Shown here: piece by piece, positions 28,999-32,000 of the stretch
How the letters are laid out: every line of letters starts with the position of its first letter
Position numbering within the stretch: position 1 is the first letter of the stretch
Source: Raphidiopsis brookii D9
GTDB lineage: Bacteria; Cyanobacteriota; Cyanobacteriia; Cyanobacteriales; Nostocaceae
Reading direction: 5' to 3'
DNA: 32,000 bases
Assembly (NCBI GenBank): GCA_000175855.1
Contig: ACYB01000010.1
Span: 1 to 32,000 of the forward strand
Program-made: the position numbers and the translations under genes
Notes under the pieces: generated by a model
Database searches by the model: none
Seen by the model: the letters and a program-made list of their open reading frames with translations, nothing else
What the model was told of the DNA's origin: nothing

Positions 28999-29239
28999 TC
29001 ACCTTGCCAATTTCAAGAGATGATCCTCATTTTGACTCTAACTCTTAATTTGATACTATTGCACCAAAAAATGCTCAATTCAGAAAATACAGCTTTAATA
29101 CTTCACGGTAACATACACCAAGACTATCCGCAAAAAATCTTCAAGGGAAGTGCAGGTGGTTTCATACCGGATAATGCCATGGAAGGACATCAATCGGTTG
29201 CGTTTAATTGTAGTTAAGGTGCAATACTCAGGAAAGGTC

Positions 29240-30454
29240 ATGAAAGCTAACCCCGTTAATCTGCCAAATTTTAGACCCGCTGTTGATGGTGACCCTGAAG
29301 ACTCACCACTTGCTAGTTCCAAAACCTTAGTACAACTCCTATCTGAGGAAATCGAGTCTCAAGTTAAAGCTTCCTCCGGATGTATACAAGCTGTTGTAAA
29401 TCGCATAACTAAGGAAGTAGAAAGAATTTGTGATAAAAGTTCCCGTATTCAAACTTCTGGACAAGTTAAGTCTTGGCAGGCTACTTTAGCTAAACATCGC
29501 TTACAAAAATGCCTACGCTACTATCAATTAGGATCAGGACAAGGAAGAGTAGAATTACATAGCAGTTTGGGTGCAATTGTATATCGTCACGTCACTACAG
29601 CTGGATCTGAACTAGGTTTTGAAGCCCGTTACAATCTAATTGAAGATTTTTTACAAGCATTTTATATTGAGGCCATTAAAGCCTTTCGTCGGGAAAACGA
29701 ATTAGGAGAAGATTATACACCACGCACTCAACTGGAATTAGCTGAGTATATGGCATTTACAGAGCAGTATGCTAAACGTCGGATTAATTTGCCCGGTGGA
29801 GCTAATCAACAGTTAATTGTGCTGCGAGCCCAGGGTTTTGCTCGTCGTCAACCCCAGGAAACAACGGTTGATATTGAAATGGCCGTGGATTCAGCTAAAA
29901 CGGAAGAAGCAGAATCTTACCAGCGCAATTTGGCAGTTCAGCAAATTCGCTCCCAAATGGTTGCTAAGTCTACCTTTGACCCCTCGGAAGAGTCGGAACG
30001 AGACCGGGTAATTACTGAGTTGATGAAGTATCTTCAATCTCAGGGTCAAGCGGACTGTATGAATTATTTGTCTTTGAAACTTCAGGATCTATCCGCACCA
30101 GAAATCGATCAAATTCTGGGACTAACCAGTCGTCAGCGCGATTATTTACAACAAAGATTTAAATACCACGTTGAAAAATTCGCTAAACAACACCATTGGC
30201 AATTAGTACATCAATGGTTGGGAGCTGGACTAGAACATAAGCTCGGTTTGTCCTCTCAACAATGGGATCTTTTCTGGAATCAATTGACTGAACAACAACA
30301 AAAAATCTTTCAACTTAAAACCACTATGGAAAATGACCAGGCGATCGCCAAGGCTGTGCAATGTACTCCTAAGCAGTTACAAAAGCGATGGACTCAAATG
30401 TTGGAATTGGCCTGGGCTATACGCAATGGAAATGTAGAAGTTAAGACTTGTTGA
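29240..30454 (+). CDS. HetZ-like cyanobacterial regulatory protein with sigma-region-4-like segment
   Basis: NYLSLKLQDLSAPEIDQILGLTSRQRDYLQQRFKYHVEKFAKQHHWQLVHQWLGAGLEHKLGLSSQQW resembles the HetZ family C-terminus. Likely start MKANPVNL at 29240 rather than the track's 29150. Confidence 0.65.
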   Translation: MKANPVNLPNFRPAVDGDPEDSPLASSKTLVQLLSEEIESQVKASSGCIQAVVNRITKEVERICDKSSRIQTSGQVKSWQATLAKHRLQKCLRYYQLGSGQGRVELHSSLGAIVYRHVTTAGSELGFEARYNLIEDFLQAFYIEAIKAFRRENELGEDYTPRTQLELAEYMAFTEQYAKRRINLPGGANQQLIVLRAQGFARRQPQETTVDIEMAVDSAKTEEAESYQRNLAVQQIRSQMVAKSTFDPSEESERDRVITELMKYLQSQGQADCMNYLSLKLQDLSAPEIDQILGLTSRQRDYLQQRFKYHVEKFAKQHHWQLVHQWLGAGLEHKLGLSSQQWDLFWNQLTEQQQKIFQLKTTMENDQAIAKAVQCTPKQLQKRWTQMLELAWAIRNGNVEVKTC

Positions 30455-30557
30455 ACCGTTTGTTGACCATGGGCAAAAGTTGAAAGTCTATTAGTTTTCC
30501 TATTGCCCATTTTCTGCTAAACTACTTAATAATAAAAAGTGTATATTCAAAAATCAA

Positions 30558-30764
30558 ATGTTTGACGGATTCTGGAATAACGTATTTCGCTACCCCCGGT
30601 ACCTGGTAACTATAGTATTAGGTCTACTAGTTAATACATTTGATCCTCTAATTCCACTTTTAAAACGTCCAGTTACACTACTGGCCATTATAGGTCTGTT
30701 TGTGGGAGGGTTCTTCTTCCTTACCCTAACTCTCCGAGCTATGTTGGGACTAAGTGCAATCTAA
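30558..30764 (+). CDS. DUF751/Ycf33-like small membrane protein
   Basis: MFDGFWNNVFRYPRYLVTIVLGLLVNTFDPLIPLLKRPVTLLAIIGLFVGGFFFL. Confidence 0.75.
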   Translation: MFDGFWNNVFRYPRYLVTIVLGLLVNTFDPLIPLLKRPVTLLAIIGLFVGGFFFLTLTLRAMLGLSAI

Positions 30765-30830
30765 AAGGATTATTCCTATAAGATTCAGCTATCTATTGTT
30801 AAATCTCTATCAAAGGGCGGAATTTATAAT

Positions 30831-31193
30831 ATGGCTACAAATCGCCGTGTTTCCCGTGTTGCGGAATTAATTAAACGGGAGGTCAGCCAAATGTTACTCC
30901 ATGGTATTAAGGATGATCGGGTGGGTGTGGGTATGGTCAGCGTCACTGATGTGGATGTTTCAGGAGATTTACAACACGCTAAAATATTTGTCAGCATTTA
31001 TGGAACAGAAGAAGCAAAAGCCCAAACTATGGCGGGGTTAAAATCCGCTACCGGTTATGTTCGTAGTGAATTGGGCGCTAGGGTTAGATTACGTCGCACT
31101 CCAGAAGTGATTTTTGTGGAAGACCGTTCCTTAGAAAGGGGAACTAAAGTGTTAAATTTATTAAACCAACTTCAACAACAACGCGAAGATTGA
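30831..31193 (+). CDS. rbfA: 30S ribosome-binding factor A
   Basis: [62 protein letters not shown]. Confidence 0.95.
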   Translation: MATNRRVSRVAELIKREVSQMLLHGIKDDRVGVGMVSVTDVDVSGDLQHAKIFVSIYGTEEAKAQTMAGLKSATGYVRSELGARVRLRRTPEVIFVEDRSLERGTKVLNLLNQLQQQRED

Positions 31194-31514
31194 TATCCCG
31201 CCAAAATACTAGATCAGTTTGTAACTCTAGACATATTCACACTTCACTCAAATATGTTAATACTGTCTATATGGTACTTTCTATTATGTTTGTGCCTACT
31301 TTTTGGTTTGACTATTACTAGTACATTTAGTTTTGATGTTATATTTCCTTGACAAACTTCATATTTCTTTAGATAATTTATAGGTCTGTAGCGTCAAAAT
31401 AATAATAGTTCCGTATAGCAAACTACAAAACCTAGCCACAGGTCTAAATTATCACCATGTTTTCTCAATGAAAATTGGGAATAGTATCTAAACGTAAATT
31501 TGTGAGTAACAGCA

Positions 31515-31751
31515 ATGAGTGTAAATACGGTGCCTTCTATCAATTATTACTCTCTAGACGTAATCCAGTACGAAGCAAGCCAACTTGTGCGTAAGGGAAT
31601 AGTCAGTCGGCAACAGCCGATATACACACTCTGCCAGTACATCCCCGCTCGGGAATGGGTCTTTGTGGAATATGAGTTAGAAAAATGTGACTTTTTGTTG
31701 CGCGATCGCATTGGGGATTTGATTGGTCGAGAACAATGGGAAAATGACTAA
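31515..31751 (+). CDS. DUF4327-like small protein
   Basis: 78 aa; YYSLDVIQYEASQLVRKGIVSRQQPIYTLCQYIPAREWVFVEYELEKCDFLLRDRIGDLI. Confidence 0.75.
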   Translation: MSVNTVPSINYYSLDVIQYEASQLVRKGIVSRQQPIYTLCQYIPAREWVFVEYELEKCDFLLRDRIGDLIGREQWEND

Positions 31752-31874
31752 TCAAGACTAGCCAGCAGTAATTAAGGAGGATCTCGAAGATCCCCAAGTT
31801 CCCTAAGTAGTAGTTAAGTAATTCATTTAATCTATGCTTGTCTAAAGTTACTGACTTTGGCAAGTATATTTTTC

Positions 31875-32000
31875 TCAGGAGGTGAGTTCCGTGTTTTGTA
31901 GGTACTGATTAATATCGTCGACCAAGCGGGTGAGATCTGCTTCTGTAGTTAAGCGAATGCCTAAATTGCGTACAGTGAGTAGAACTTTAGCTGCGAAGGG
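31875..32000 (-). CDS. C-terminal fragment of an unidentified protein (runs off the right edge)
   Basis: Reverse complement reads PFAAKVLLTVRNLGIRLTTEADLTRLVDDINQYLQNTELTS-stop (TGA at 31877-31875), open to the window edge. Confidence 0.55.
   Translation of the reverse strand, partial: PFAAKVLLTVRNLGIRLTTEADLTRLVDDINQYLQNTELTS

Noticed and set aside
29020-29217. 65-aa ORF upstream of the HetZ-like gene
   Set aside because: It is a low-complexity start (MILILTLTLNLILL) in an AT-rich spacer and likely noncoding leader sequence.
31603-31863. 86-aa minus-strand ORF
   Set aside because: It is mostly antisense to the DUF4327-like gene, with no recognisable family pattern.

Overview
This 32 kb window looks like a chromosomal housekeeping segment from a filamentous (Nostocales-type) cyanobacterium. 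That assignment is inferred from the gene families (NdhB, Ycf34, DUF4327, a HetZ-like protein, cyanobacterial PutA and TopA) and from dense HIP1 GCGATCGC palindromes. I see no rRNA, tRNA, CRISPR array, prophage or transposase. Recognisable genes include proB, aroQ, topA, ndhB, an aromatic amino-acid permease, two receiver-kinase genes, a LuxR-type response regulator, an LpxB-related gene, an MlaE-type permease, trmB, putA (in two frames), purM, tsaB, ycf34, cca, larC, a YrdC-family gene, a HetZ-like gene and rbfA. The most unusual part is the left edge (1-1911). It holds a tandem array of near-identical DUF3782/PD-(D/E)XK-like genes whose coiled-coil linkers differ by 75-bp in-frame modules, with a leftover 3' gene tail at the array end. 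Other points worth a second look: apparent 1-nt frameshifts in the MlaE-like permease (two at T runs plus a compensating one), a 1-nt frameshift exactly at the PutA domain junction, a kinase receiver domain lacking its phosphoacceptor Asp, an ADP-ribosylglycohydrolase-like protein lacking metal-ligand motifs, and two small translationally coupled ORFs missed by the ORF track. I found nothing I could call a complete new defence or mobile system; the DUF3782 array is the best candidate for unrecognised biology.
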